NCBI GenBank assembly: GCA_000320545.1 | Contig: ADNK01002292.1 | Location: forward strand, 1-48,442 | Direction of reading: 5' to 3' | Source: Bigelowiella natans CCMP2755 | Lineage: Eukaryota; Protista; Cercozoa | DNA: 48,442 nt | Shown: one piece after another, positions 1 to 13,237 of the stretch | Layout of the letters: every line of letters begins with the position of its first letter | How positions within the stretch are numbered: the stretch's first letter is position 1 | Position numbers and translations under genes: made by a program | Notes under the pieces: model-generated | Database searches by the model: none | What the model was told of the DNA's origin: nothing | What the model saw: only the letters and a program-made list of their open reading frames with translations

Positions 1-25
1 CTATTGCTACATGGCATGGAATTCA

Positions 26-73
<48 letters not shown>
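26..73. repeat. (GA)n microsatellite
   Basis: Direct reading of the sequence; lies in a probable intron. Confidence 0.95.
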
Positions 74-74
<1 letters not shown>

Positions 75-164
75 AAAGGAAATCGGATGAAGAAACTGCT
101 TGCTATTACTACTACTACTACTACAACTACTCCTACTACTCCTCGTGTGGAAGAGTGGTACACA

Positions 165-829
165 CTACCTGTCAGCATCAACAAGGGCGCCGTTGTTACC
201 CGCTCCTGCAGCAGTAGCTTTGCTGTCTTCCTCGTCGTCCTTCTTCTGGTTGCTGTTGTTGTTGTTGTTGTTGTTGTTGTCTTTTTCCTTGACATCAAGC
301 TGGGAGGAGGACGACGAGGCCGAGGCCGAGGGCGAAGAGGTCCTGCAGATCGCAGCATCCACGGCTCGGCAAACAACCCGAGGCGGAACAAACGGGTAGG
401 CTTGCGCTAGGATATCAATGGCGTCCTCTCCAAGCGCTCGCACAAGCTCAGTAGCATTCGCTCCTGCGACTAGGTAGTAAGGGTCCAGCTTCCTTTGCAG
501 CGTATGCTTTCTAACCCGCATCTTGAGCGACTCACGACGCTGCTTCTTGGAGACCAGCCCCCCCCCGAACCCCTTCTCCGCCGCTGCGAGTTCGCCCTTG
601 AGCGCGTTGTTGAGGTGTCTAGTGGGGGGCAGTAGTTGCAGCAGCTTAGCTAGGACGAGGTCCAGGTGATGAACCTAATCGTCGATGTATATATAGGAGG
701 CGTGGGTTGTTGCTCAGATGATGGGTGGTGGTGGAAGGGGGGGGAGAGGTTGACTGATGATCGATTGGTTGATGACACACCAAATCACCATTCGCGTCCA
801 TATATGCGCAAGACAACATATATTATATC

Positions 830-872
<43 letters not shown>

Positions 873-3800
873 CGAGTGGTGTTCTTGGGCTCAACAACCC
901 CGCATAGAAGAACGAGACGGTCCAGAGGCAGGAAGCTGTGCAGCTGCGTCACCAGCTTAAGAAATTCAGTTTGATTCGAGCAGCTTGCTATTCGTCTCCC
1001 TCCTTCCTCTCCTAGAATTTTCTCCTTATTCGAAACCTTCCCCCCCCCCCTCCCGTCGATAATATTGTACATCGGCAATCTATGTGAAGGAGAACGAGTT
1101 CTCCAGCTTCCTCAAAGGCTCGGGGGCTGATACGCCTCAGGATTTCACCCATCCTGCCGTTCTTATCGTCTCCAAGCCCCTCGCTGCTCTCTCCCCCTCC
1201 CAACTCCCCAAGAGCAAAGAGCTTAAATTCCATGAGCCAGCTCTGCAGAAGGGGGGCTGCTTGCGCTATAAAAACCTGCCGACGTTGTCACCATCACCAA
1301 CATTGTTTCGCAGGGATTAGGGCAGAGTTCGGGAGGCGAGGTGGGGGGGGGGGATGAAATATAGATAGACGGCATGGTAGAGGTAGAGAGAACGGGAGGG
1401 GGGATGGAGGAGGAGGAGGAGGAGGAGGAGGAGGAATAAGAAATGTGAAATGACAATGAGGGGGAAAGATATAGTTATTAGCTGCTGCTCCTGCTATTAC
1501 TACTATATACTCCTGTACTACTTCCAGAACTACTACTACTACTACTACTACTACTAATTATTCTTCTTCTTCTACGTGTTCTGTGTGCTGCTAACAACAT
1601 ACATAAAACGCATCGCTCCTGCCGTTTGCATATCTGCCACCAAAGAGCGACGATTTCCCGGTCATAATGCCGCTCGAGAGTTGGGCTGCGGATGAGGATG
1701 AGGAGGAGGAGGAGGAGGAGGAGGACGACTGTTGGTTTGGCTGAATACGATCACGCTGCCAACGCACTAGTTTCTGGTGGGTCGCGTGTATCTTCGAGAC
1801 CATTTCGAGCCACGATTCGTACGCTGATGATGATAGTAGCTCCTGCGTTGTAATCGTGGTAGTAGTAGTAGTTGTAGTAGTAGTAGTAGTAGTAGTAGTG
1901 ATAGCAGCGGTAGTGGGTGTGGAAGGAGTCGTAGCTATGCCTGTGCTATGACGGTTGTTTTTGACAGCAGTATCAGCCGTAGCAGTGGTCTTATTATTAT
2001 TATTATAATTGTTGTTGTTGTTGTGATTGCTATCTTGAGCATTATCTCCAACGATAGTCTCTGATTCCTTCTTATTCAATGACGATGATGGTGATGATGA
2101 CGATGATGACAACGTCGAAGGACCTGGAGATACTAAACCGTCTGCGTCATGGAAGCAATGGGGGAGGGGGAGGAGGAAAGAGGAAGAGTTAATAGCACCA
2201 CGGCGATGAAGATGATGAAGATGATGAAGATGATGATTATGATGACGATGATATCGATTCTACTGAGATGTTGTTGATGATGTATAGTGTATGTAACAAT
2301 TGCAGCCTTGTGTGTATGAAACTCACCTCCGGCTGTGGTTCTTGTTGTTGTTGTTGTTGCGACGACATGGTGGCCATCGGCATCCTCTTCCATACTACTT
2401 TGGCCTGCTTTCCGTGGTAGTTCTCTTCCTCCTCCCCCTCCCTCCCGTAGCGAAGTCATTGGTGTTGTTGATAATGATGATGATGAGAGGACCCCTTCCT
2501 TCGCTTGTTGTCGATGCAAAGACCGTCTGGTCGCCTTATTGCTGCGGCCATTTCTGCTATTGCTGCCATTCCTGCCTCCTCTCCTCCTCCTTCACCTCCT
2601 CCTCCTCCTCCTCCTTCTACTCCTCTGCCATCCTGTAGATCTTTTGGACCCTGGCGACGTGTTTTGGGTATTATCCGCATCATCTTCTCCGATATCTGGC
2701 GCAGTGGCGTTGTCCGCTGCTGCTGTTGACGCTGCAGGTGTTGTGCCGAGAAGGTTAAGCTTCTCCCATTTCATAATACGTTTCCTCCTTGCTGTGCTGA
2801 TGTAGTAGTAATAGGAGGACGAGGAAGAAGAAGAAGAAGGGTGGGAGATCTTCTTCATACGACGCTTTGGGCCCTGAGCATAAACAACAGTATTTCGATA
2901 TGACCAGAAATTTCTTCGTGAGTGTAAGCCGTCGTTCAACTACTTTTTGCTAAGACACACACACTACCACCACCATCACCATCACAATCATCATCATTAT
3001 CATCCCCTCCACATCCAGTCAGTGACGATCTTACTACTACTACTACTACTACTACTACCGCTACTTGGTGATTGCTGGCAAAGAACAAAGAAAAAAGAAC
3101 AAAGAAGAGAGGAGAGAACAGTAGCACGTATGTACCCTGTGCAAGCCATTCTTTGCAAGCTCTACGACTTCTGCGGGTGGAAACGATATCGACGGAGTCA
3201 TCATCACTCCGAACGACGCAATATCAGAGCCGGAGGCGGCGGCAGCACGGGAAAATTTCTCAAACGTGGAAGAGGAGGATGGGATGGGTTGTGATGAAGA
3301 TGAGACGCTGCCCCCACGATTATTTGTGGAAGTACCACTGTGCCCTCCTCCTCCGCGCTTACTTGTATCGTCTCGGAATGATGATGACGATGATGATGAC
3401 CCTGCAAGAGCAGCAGCACTTCTAGCACCAGTATTACCAACGGAATCTGTGGAGGCCAATCCCCTTTGTTTCAGCAGCAGTCGTGAATATGATTCAGAAG
3501 ACGAGAATGCCGATCCTGCATCCCCCCCCCCTCCTGTAGCTTGTCCCCGAACATGGCGATGATGCTGATGCTGCTGCAGCCTCCCCTGAGCTACAGCTGT
3601 TGTTGAAAACGACGAGGGCGCCGATGATGACGATGATGATGATGATGATGATTTCGGGGCTACGACAGAGGAAGACTCAGAGCTCGCAACAAAGTCCCTC
3701 AGTATAGGAAGAGGCATGTCCTCTGCTACATGCTGTACGAGCTCCTTGAACTTATCCATGAGAGGGGGGGGCAGCTTTACCTTGTCGTCGGCGCCTGTGG

Positions 3801-4954
3801 CAGTCTTGAGCTCCTTTCTAAGAGCGGCGAGGATTGGCTTATCCTCTCGAAGATTGTGGTATACTGCGAGCGCCACGCAGCTCAGTAACGTGTTGTTATT
3901 GTTGTAATTGTTTGCAAAAGAAGAAGATGATGAGATCGAAGATGTCCTCAGCTGTGCTGCGTCTCTTCCAGTCTTTGTCGTCATCCCGTGCATGTGGCGC
4001 TGGTAGAGAAGCGTGCTGATGGCAGCACCTTGAAAGGGGGGGGGGAAGCACATAATCGAAAGAAGATTAATAATATGCGTCAAAATGGGGGAGAACAAGT
4101 AAGCCAGGTTCCCTTTCACAAAGTTAACGACTTCTCAACTCTGCTCTCTTCCATTCTTACCCTCCTCCATTACCTATAGCAAAGGTTTTGATCCTCATCA
4201 CTTGCGGCGGCAAAACACGTGGCTGCCTCGAGTGGACGATGAAGAATTCGTCGTCGCCGTGTAGCAGAGCAGACGAAGGTGGAGGAGGGGGGGGTATGGC
4301 TAGATCGAGGATTTGCCCACAGTCGAGGTGCCAAGCAGAAATTGCCGCAGCGTTAGCGGAGGGGTCAAGAATCATAAGGCTAGTGCCATAACCCCATGAA
4401 ATCACCTTTATGCGAGGAGGAGGAGAAGAAGAAGAAGAAGAAGAAGAAAAATGCAGATGATGATGGAGAATAACACGCAATATCACGGACGGGGATTGAA
4501 GCATCATCGCTACGGGGAAATGCATGCAATCGATGCTGTTCTTAAGGCGACCTACCTTATCTCCAAACGGAGTCAGTAGGTGCAGCTGGACGTTTTCCTG
4601 AGGGGAGGAGGAGGAGGAGGGGGAGGAGGAGGATATTATCACACTGTATCTAGGTTGAAGCTGGTACATATGTAATATATACATACGCATTCTATTATAT
4701 GATCCAATCATATAAAAAGTAAATGCAAAAAGTGAACAACCTTGAGCCATTCAGACGTGTGTTTTTCCTTATCTATGGGCACGGGCGTCGAGAACGGTTG
4801 AAACGCGAATGTCGTGTCCGTATCCAATTTGAATTTGAAGGTTTTCAGCACCTGTCAATGCATGCGTGTGCGCGTGTGTGCTTATGTGCCACACGATAAC
4901 TTAAACAATGTGCATACGTACAATTGTACTCAGAGAGGTAGAGAGACAGAAAGA

Positions 4955-5013
<59 letters not shown>

Positions 5014-6604
5014 CATGCATGTTCCAAACATAGGATGGGCATTTTCGCGCATTTGCGGATTTGTTCCCTTCTTCTTTAAACAGCACCTGTCCTTTCTCAA
5101 TCTCAGCTTCCCACAGCCTCTTCCCCTTCCTAGCCGCCAGCACGTGGAGGTCTTTCGTCGGGTGCAAACATGCTCCATAAGACCCCTCCTTCTTATGTGG
5201 CTTGCTGCCTATCTGAACCACAGAGTCCTAAGAAGGAAGGGGGGAAGGGGCGAGAAGGAATAAGAAGATGAAAATGAGTGAGGAGGGAATATATCGAAAC
5301 AAACGGTACAGCAGTAGAGAAGAGAGGAGAGAAAGGTTTTAAGGAGACAGCTTAAGGGCAATAACAAGATAGGAAGTAGACAACGACTTTATGAGTAGGA
5401 AGTATACCGGGGTCTTGTTAGGATCGGAGACATCGATGAGAACGCTTCTCTTGCGAGTTGACACCAGCAACAGAGCAGACCACGCCCTTTGCCCCCCTCC
5501 CTTGTGATTCCTCGCCTCCTCACCCGCCGTGCTATTGGCCTTGTTCTCGTGTTCTGCAGCACTTCTGCTCTTCACATCCGCAGAGGCTTGTGTAGTATTT
5601 GTTGCGGGCCCTGTCGTCGACGATGAAGATGGGTCTTGGGCCGGGGGGCGTCTTTTGCGGATGTACGAGTGCATCTGAACAACGGAAGACTCCGCTTCCA
5701 TGATAGTCCACGTCTCAATGTCCTCGTAAGCAACACCGGTCGCCATCTCGGGCCATATGTACGTTCGAGCTACCCGCTGATACATTCATCCAGACAATAA
5801 TTGCAATAATTAAGGCACAGCATGCACCAGCATCCCCATTTAATACTGTACGTAAGGAGGGGCACAGATGTATCATGCGTACATATAAAATGCGTGTAGT
5901 GTTTCGCATACACATGAAAAAGTAGCCTTTTATCGAAGGTTTATCTCAATTTTACCCCTTTGTCGTCGGCAGAGTATAGCCATCTACCATTTGGACTCCA
6001 GACGAGATTCGTGACTTGAGTCCCAGCGGCCTTTTTCTCGGCAGCGGCCCCATTACTTCTTCGCCCTTCACTATGGTTCTGAATGGTGCCTACATTGAAA
6101 GACAGCATAAATACTATCTTAGTTTACATCACTCATTTCCTCTATTTTCTATCCTATTGGAGGGGGTGCGTCGTCGTTTCTCATCTTAATAATCACGGGT
6201 AGGCAACACTCACATAGCCAAATCGCTTTCTTAGTCAACTTCTGAAAGTTCCCATGGAAAAGCATAACTAGTCCATCCAGTCTTGCTACAGCGAATAGAT
6301 CAGGTTCCACCGGCGAGAAAGTGACTTTCATGATCGGGCTAACACCAAGGCCTTTGGCACTGCACATGCTCATCTGCAGGAATGACAATGTGTCTCGAGT
6401 GTAGAAGTAAACAGATCCAGTAGAAGCTCCCACAGCTAACAACTCCCGCGAACATGTTACACATAGGGGTTGGACACGCTTGCCTAGACCAAGGTTGAGC
6501 GGTGCCATGTGCATCACTCGTTTCGGCGAGGGTAGAGATGACGCAAGCGTAGGGTCCCTTTGCCTTCCATTCTGTGAAGCCCCGTCCGCTCCTCCGGCGT
6601 CCAT
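165..6604 (-). CDS. HPS5/TECPR2-family N-terminal WD40 beta-propeller protein (BLOC-2 subunit-like); multi-exon, 3' end probably continues beyond the window start
   Basis: ATG at 6604. Exon peptides match the HPS5/TECPR2 N-terminal pattern in order: VQPLCVTCSRELLAVGASTGSVYFY..SPIMKVTFSP, VTNLVWSPNGRWLYSADDKG, LLVSTRKRSVL, VQIGSKPHKKEGSYGACLH..AARKGKRLWEAE, MILDPSAN..AWH. Later exons lie at about 4120-3060, 2800-2590, 2110-1600, 1277-1090, 980-940 and 674-169. A GT donor overlaps the apparent stop at 165-168, and bases 1-165 look intronic. Confidence 0.8.
830..872. repeat. (TA)n(GT)n compound microsatellite, intronic
   Basis: Direct reading of the sequence. Confidence 0.95.
4954..5006. repeat. 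(CA)n(GA)n compound microsatellite, intronic
   Basis: Direct reading of the sequence. Confidence 0.95.
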
Positions 6605-6877
6605 ATTTTAAAATAAGCTTACGTCTACTTCCTCAACAGGCCCCCTTCCAATTTGACGTGTGTTCTAAAATTGGAACAGGGAAAGTAGGGACTTTGCTCC
6701 CGAGTCCTAGTTCCCTTTACCAAAGACGTGTGATTATGAGGGGGTTGGGTTGTACACGGAGAAAACAAAGCCAGGCGTCACTTGGTGTCACACAATAGGA
6801 AAAATATTACAACAGATATAATCCTATCATGATGTCAATAAAATTCATATTTGAAATTTTCTCTCTCTCTTTCCGAG
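6605..6877. promoter_or_regulatory. Putative short bidirectional promoter between the HPS5-like gene (-) and the PX gene (+)
   Basis: Divergent gene orientation with at most about 270 bp between coding sequences. The start of the + gene is unresolved (candidate ATG at 6736). Confidence 0.4.
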
Positions 6878-9273
6878 AAGACGGCAGCTAGTTCGGGAAC
6901 GAAGAGATGGGGATGTTTTCCCATTGGCAACTGTGCCAAGAAAGGAGTTCGCAGACGGCCTGGAATCCCATGCCAAAAAGAGGGAAATCAGGAATTCGAG
7001 GCACAGAATAGCAAAAAATGAGCTTTTAACGTCGGGAAGTTGAGGCGATTTCTTGGGAATTAAGATAGAAATTCTGCATAATTTCATGGGGAATTCGTAT
7101 TGACGACAACGATGGGAGCATGCTGTAAAGTAAGATCATAATTGCCTGGACGACTATCTCCTTTCCCCCCCCAAAGAGACCAACACACGTTTGTGTTGGA
7201 AGGAGATTCTCCAGCAGATTGCAAGGTGGTCTTGGGGCGATAAGAATCATCATTTGCGTCACCCAATTGAAATTTCGTAAAAAGTAGCTACACTAGTGAA
7301 TGGGGTATGATGATAATTCTCTTGCAGGAGTTCGGAAATCTCAAAGGGGGGTTTTCTTTCGGAGGTGGAGAGTGTGGATCAACATCCACACAATAGAACC
7401 ATCGTAGCATATCAGGGATCATAACAACACCATGGAGAAAATTAAAAAGCATCCGCAGTTTATACTCCCAGCAGGAGTCAAGGTGAAAAGAGAGAGGGGG
7501 AGAGCACATGTTGAGAGTTTCACTTTTACTGCTAAGAAGGAATACTTTGTTGGAGCTAACAAGGCATTTTCAGGTTGCGATAAACCATGCATCTACTCGG
7601 AAGGAAAGAGGCAAGAGCCACACAGTGTTCCACATCACAGTAATGGTAATAAGGCGATTCTGCATGCGGCATTCGATGGATTAATCCTGATTATCTACAA
7701 TTTACTTAATACAGGGAGACCGAATCAATTGGGTGACGTTTCGAAGATTCTCACAATTCGATCGTTGTCATAAACAACTTGTTCAGAGGTTATTACGTAG
7801 AATCTGGTTTCATATATTTGCTTCATACCACAATTTTTCACTGTCAGATTCCCGGACATTGCTTTACCAAGCCTACCACCAAAGAAGTGGATAGGATCTC
7901 TTGTGACCGAATTCGTAGACAAACGGAGATCGGACTTGCAAAAGGTATGAGTCATTAAGCACGTATTAGTGTCTTCGTCATTATTCATCGCGCCCTCCCA
8001 TGTATCATAGTACCTGCAAGACTTAATCGAAATCCCGGATGTTCGGAGAACTGCAGAATTTAGTGCTTTCCTAGGAAAATCAGAGGTAATTATATAGACC
8101 ATAGAAATTCCTACCATCGTGCCAATACCCTAATTCGGTTTGAATAACTATGGCGAGGATGATAGTTTGTGTGTGTGTGTGTGTGTGTGAATGGTACGTT
8201 GTTTCTCAGTATGCGCAGTGTCCCAGAACACCGGACCTCCCTCCCCGTGTTGAGCAAACTATTCCGCCTAAACTGAGTACGTATATATTTGCTACTATTT
8301 CGGCTGTTGTGATCTATCCCATCATGTCACGCAGAACATCAACATTCTCATCGACATTCTCCTCCACAGACGGAATGGACGCTGTCAACCTCCGGGCTCA
8401 ATTTCGCTCATTCACATTACAGGTGCTATCATAGAGGGATTACAAGTATTTTGATAAGCAGTATCTTGATGGGGGGGGGAGGGGGCTGTTTGTATAATTC
8501 TCCCGAGATGAGATACCTTCCCAATTAGTTCATTACGCACCTACACCTTGTATTATTTCCTGTTAGATGCAAGCCAAAATCAAGCAGCTGGAGCAGCGTT
8601 GTGCCGTTGCGGAGCACACGGCGAACACCGCACTTCGTATAGCCAACTTAGCAGCAAGCTCCTTAACGCAAGAATCAAAACGAAGGTCCGTAGTCAACAG
8701 TGTGAGTGAAGAGAGGGGAGGGGGTGGTGACAGGCATTTCATGAAGATAGTAAACATACGATATTCGCATTGGTGGAAAGGACTCCAGGAACGTGAATAC
8801 AAGTTGTTTCGAGAGGCGGCCATTCTCCCTTTCGAATGCCCTAGTCTCATTACATATTTGGTCAATTACTGTTCGTGTTGAGACCCTCATGAACATATAC
8901 GCTTCACTCTAAAATTGGCGCTATTTACTAAACAATCAGACTGCAGAGAAAGGTTCGTGACGAAATGAAGAATCTTGTCCACAAAAAGGACTCAAGCAGC
9001 TTAGGCCATAGGCAGCAAAGGGAAAAGCTTGTTCATCGGAAGGTAGTAGCAGTAATAGTAGTGGTAGTGGTCGCGGTACCTTGCTCCCTCTGTTACGATG
9101 TGATTGTGAGGGTTATTCAAATTTTGGTGTTGCGCAGCCATTCGCCGAATCTCCTTCTTCTTCTTCTTCTTCATCTTCTTCTTCTTCTTCTGTTTCTGTG
9201 ATTAACCGCTACCCCGTTGTTCATTTGGACAGTTCTCAGCTGACAACATCCGGGAGCGGGGAAAAACAGAAGT
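6878..9273 (+). CDS. PX (Phox homology) domain module, possibly preceded by a PH-like segment and followed by coiled coil; probably the 5' part of the nucleotidyltransferase gene
   Basis: Spliced exons 7715-7788, 7848-7944 and 8011-8085 give GDRINWVTFRRFSQFDRCHKQLVQR/FPDIALPSLPPKKWIGSLVTEFVDKRRSDLQK/YLQDLIEIPDVRRTAEFSAFLG, carrying the PX motifs RR(Y/F)SxF, LPxLPPK and RRxxLQxYL. Upstream HTFVLEGDSPADCK resembles a PH C-terminal strand-helix (weak). MQAKIKQLEQRCAVAE is coiled-coil-like. Confidence 0.78.
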
Positions 9274-9725
9274 GAGAAGCGAAGGGCATAGGCTGCTATT
9301 TATTGTTTTGAGAGCAGCATCGACCTGCATGATGATGACACAAGCTGCTGTGCTCTAGCTAGTACTTCCTCTTGAGACGACGATTGTGTTGTGGTTGGCA
9401 CGAGTTGAGTGCTGAAGGAAAGCTTGATAAAAAATACCTGGTGTTGCTTCTGCTGCTGTTGTTGTCGTTGTTTCTGCTGCTGCTGCTACAGAAATCATAT
9501 GAAGGGAGTAGTAGCTTCCGGAGGCCGGACAAATGGCTCACAGGGTCGTGGGAAGTTGACTCTTCTGATGATATGGTACGGAGTCGTCCTTTCGTATATG
9601 CACAACGAAACCACGCTACGTCTAAAGATAGATCTCATTTTCCGCATCCATGTTACCCGTCTTATCTTTGTCATGTCCTCCCGCACCCCCCCTTTCTTCC
9701 TAGTTCACCTCCGCCACTTCGCTAG

Positions 9726-10457
9726 ACCGCAAGCGTCTCAGCAAGCGTCGCTCTGCTGATTTCACGGATAGCGCCGGTTCCCGATCGTTCCAGGGTTTGT
9801 GGGGGCACAATCGCGGCACGCGCTCGATGAGAAGCATGCCCAACCGGGAGCTTGAGCGGGACAACTCGGACACCTTCGAGCGCTACATGCGGTTTGATAA
9901 GCTCGCCAAGAGCGCGGCGAACACGCCGAATACGAACGAGCAGAAGAAGAAAAGGCAATCGCCGTCTCCGCAAACCAGCAAGAGCTACAGCAAGGGTGGT
10001 GGGAGGTTGCTCGATCGCTCCATGCTGTTCCAACAAACAAGAGGGTCCAAGACACCCCCACCGAACGACTATTCAACCTCCTTCCTCACTGCAACGGGAT
10101 ATACATCGGAAGGAGGAGGAGGAGGCGGCGGCAGCGTATGGGGGCCGGTTGGGAACAGTAGTGGCAGCATCATCGGCTCTGCTGTGCGGGGGAGGGCAGG
10201 CAGTGGGGGACGCCTGAACACCCCCTCATCTTTCCCCAAGTCGGACAACGAAGGCGAGGGCTTCGGCAGCAGGGGGGGGGACAACTTGTCCTTATCGGAA
10301 GTGCGTAATCGCCGCGCTCGGAGTGAAGGATTCTTGGACGGTTCCAAGCCTCTAAGCCTGTTTAGCGGTGTGTCTCTCGGCTTTCTAGGTGCCCCTACTC
10401 CTTCTTCCACTCCTGCTGCTACAATGGCAACATCAAATGCTACGAACACCACTACTA

Positions 10458-10488
<31 letters not shown>

Positions 10489-13198
10489 ATCAAGTTCAAT
10501 CAATGCTCCTGCTGCTGCTGCTGCTGCTGCATCGACGTCCTCCACGAATGTATCCCTGAAGAATGGCAACGAGCTTTCTAGAGCATCTGTCACAACGTTA
10601 GAGCAGCAGATAGCCCCACGCCCTTCACCCTCCACCTCCTCCACTCCATCGCAGAAGCAGCATCATCAGGCAGCACGTGCGGCGCAACAACAAGCTGTTG
10701 GTGGTAATAGGAACCTCGAGATCGCACTCATTCCGCCAACCGGCATTAGTTCTTCTTGTTCTTCCTCGGAGAAGACCGGTAGCAGCAACCCCCCTTCTCG
10801 AAGTGGAGATGGCAATGCTATTGCTACCCCCCTCCCCCTGGAGAGGATACTACCGCCTTCCAATCTTAGCGTTGTGACGGAGCGTACAGAGAAAACCATG
10901 TCCTCCCCCATGACTCCGATGGTAAATCCGGCGATTGATCTCAAAGAAGATGAAGAAAAGGGCGACCGAGAAATTAGCGGCGGTAACGAGAACCACCACC
11001 AGCAGCGCCCTAATCGTAACCAGTCTCATCAAAGCCACAATCAGCAGCCAGCCATGCCGCCGCTCTCCATTTCGCAGCAACAGTTGACCCGCGATGAGAA
11101 AGGGGAGGAGATTGGGCAGAGCTATGCGCAGAAGATGAAAACCAACGGGGAAGGCAAAACTACTTCATCATCATCATCATCACAATCATCATCATTTCTG
11201 CGACCACAGCCACTGTTGTCACAAGGACAAGGGATATTCACGAGCAGCAGCGGCGCTAAGACGGGTTCGACAGCAGCACCACCAGCAGCCATTCGCTCGT
11301 GGGCGATCGTGGCCAAGGGGCGTCGTAGTACTGCTGTGGGAGCCAATGCTGCTGCATTTGAGAACCAAACAAAAGGAATAGAAGACCAAACAGCAGCTTC
11401 TACTACTACCACTACTACTACTACTACTACTAACAATACTAATAATAATAATATAGGGGCTGCTACCGCGCCATCAAGTAAAGCAGCACCTGTTCTAAAG
11501 CTAATTCGCACTACCACTGCAGCAGTCGTTCCTGACATACCCGCGAGCGTCAACAAGAGGCTCCCCCCCCCCCCCCTCTCTTCCCTCTCACACTCCTCAT
11601 CGTCCTCGATTGTAGTTGCTGGTGCTGCTGGTGCTGGTGCTGCCGCCGAGGGTTGCACTACCGACAGCGGCAGTGCATGGAGGGACGGGAACGTGATGGG
11701 AGAGGTTGACATGGTGCTTAAGCACATCCTTCCGCCCCCGCACACCCATCTCCGTAGGAAGCAGGCTCTCGAGTACATAACAGAGCTCATCCGACGTACG
11801 CTGGGGGCGCAGGTCTACTGCCACGGCTCCTTCGCGCTGGGCACGGACATCCCCGACAGCGACGTGGACGTGAGCGCCTACTTCAGCAAGGGGCAGAGCT
11901 CGACGTGGGTCCAGCGCGTGGTCACGGCGCTCTGCCAGGCTGCCAACAACCACCAAGGCCCGCGGCACCTGAGCGTGCGGACGGTGACCTTTGTGAATGC
12001 GGAAGTGCCCATCGTGAAGACCATGATTGGGCGGATCCCGGTGGATATCTCCGGGAACCAGGTCGGGGCGCTGGAGGCCCTCACGCTGTTCGAGGCGTGC
12101 GACCGCGTGGTGGGCAAGCAGCACCTGCTGAAGCGCACCATCATCCTCTTGAAGGCGTGGGCGCAGAACGAGGCGGGCATTCTAGGCTCGAAGGTGTGCG
12201 AATTGCACCGAACGATGATGTGATGTGGTGTGATGTGATGTGATGTGATGTGATGGTGGTGGTGCACCGAACGATGATGTGATGGTGGTGGCTGGGTAGG
12301 AGTGGTAGTAGCGGAAATCATGGTTGTGTTTATGGCTAATGAATCTATTGAGTCGTCGTCGTCGTTGCCCGGTTAATTCTTCGGCGCCATCGTATTTAGC
12401 TGCCTTAACCACCTGTTGTGCTCCTCAGGACGGGATGATGAGCTCTTACTGCCTCAGCGTGCTGGTGCTGTACACTTTTAACGCATACAACGACCGCATC
12501 AGCAACCCGATCGAAGGGCTATACGAGGTGTTCAAATACCTCGAAGACTTCCCATGGGCAGAGATGGCGTTGGTACTATGCGCAGCAGTAGTAGTAGTAG
12601 TAGTAGTACACTCTCTCATGATTTTTAGACGATGGGGTGCGACGGCAGTGTCAGATGATGTGCGGCATTTCCGTTAAAAATTGACCAAAAAGATCCTGCA
12701 TATGTCCCCTACCGATGTCCCGTAACATCTTGTACTTTTTCCTTTTTTTGGGTTCCACAGGGCATCCACGGGCCGATTTACTTGTCTGGACTCCCAGACT
12801 ACGTCCTGGTGAGAGAGGGAAAGTATGCGTGGCCAACGAGCAGAGTCGCAGCTTTCCTGCCGTCGTTACTTCAACGTTACTCGATTCTCAGCCGGCCACA
12901 TTCTGCCACGGCCAACATCAAGAATCGTCATCTTTTTACGGATAATAATCCCTACACCAAAGGCCTTGCATCCTCCTCCTCCAACGCTCATGATAGGAAG
13001 GCGAACAAAGGTCCCTGGAGGGTGTAAAAGCAGCCACAAATATACTACTATTTATTAATTGTTGCTATATTGTAAATCCATAACGTATGTATTCAATAGT
13101 AGCCAAAGAAGATCACACATCTAGGGATGTGAAACAATTGCGTACGGCTTTCAGTCACTACCGCTGTGTTTATGCTTGCAACTCCTCCTTGCTTGAAT

Positions 13199-13237
<39 letters not shown>

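Noticed and set aside
860-940. Apparent lack of a GT donor before the (CA)n/(TA)n tract, suggesting a non-canonical intron
   Set aside because: A phase-0 CTG/GTGACG donor upstream joins correctly to the exon starting at 674.
11-3562. Many overlapping ORFs with poly-L/V/Y/S on both strands
   Set aside because: Artefacts of trinucleotide microsatellites that lack stops in several frames; only the HPS5-like minus-strand exons carry conserved motifs.
9797-12223. Nucleotidyltransferase as a cGAS/CD-NTase (CBASS-like) partnered with the CHAT gene
   Set aside because: The flanking motifs (AEVPIVK, LLKRTIILLKAW, VIDP..NNVGRSVS) fit TRF4/plant-NTP RNA-tailing enzymes better, and the gene is about 12 kb from the CHAT gene with unrelated genes between.
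12205-12290. Duplicated TGCACCGAACGATGATGTGATG flanking a (GTGAT)n run
   Set aside because: It lies in the intron after the donor at 12193/12194 and is best explained by local slippage; the ORF-track C-terminus 'VCELHRTMM' is intron read-through.
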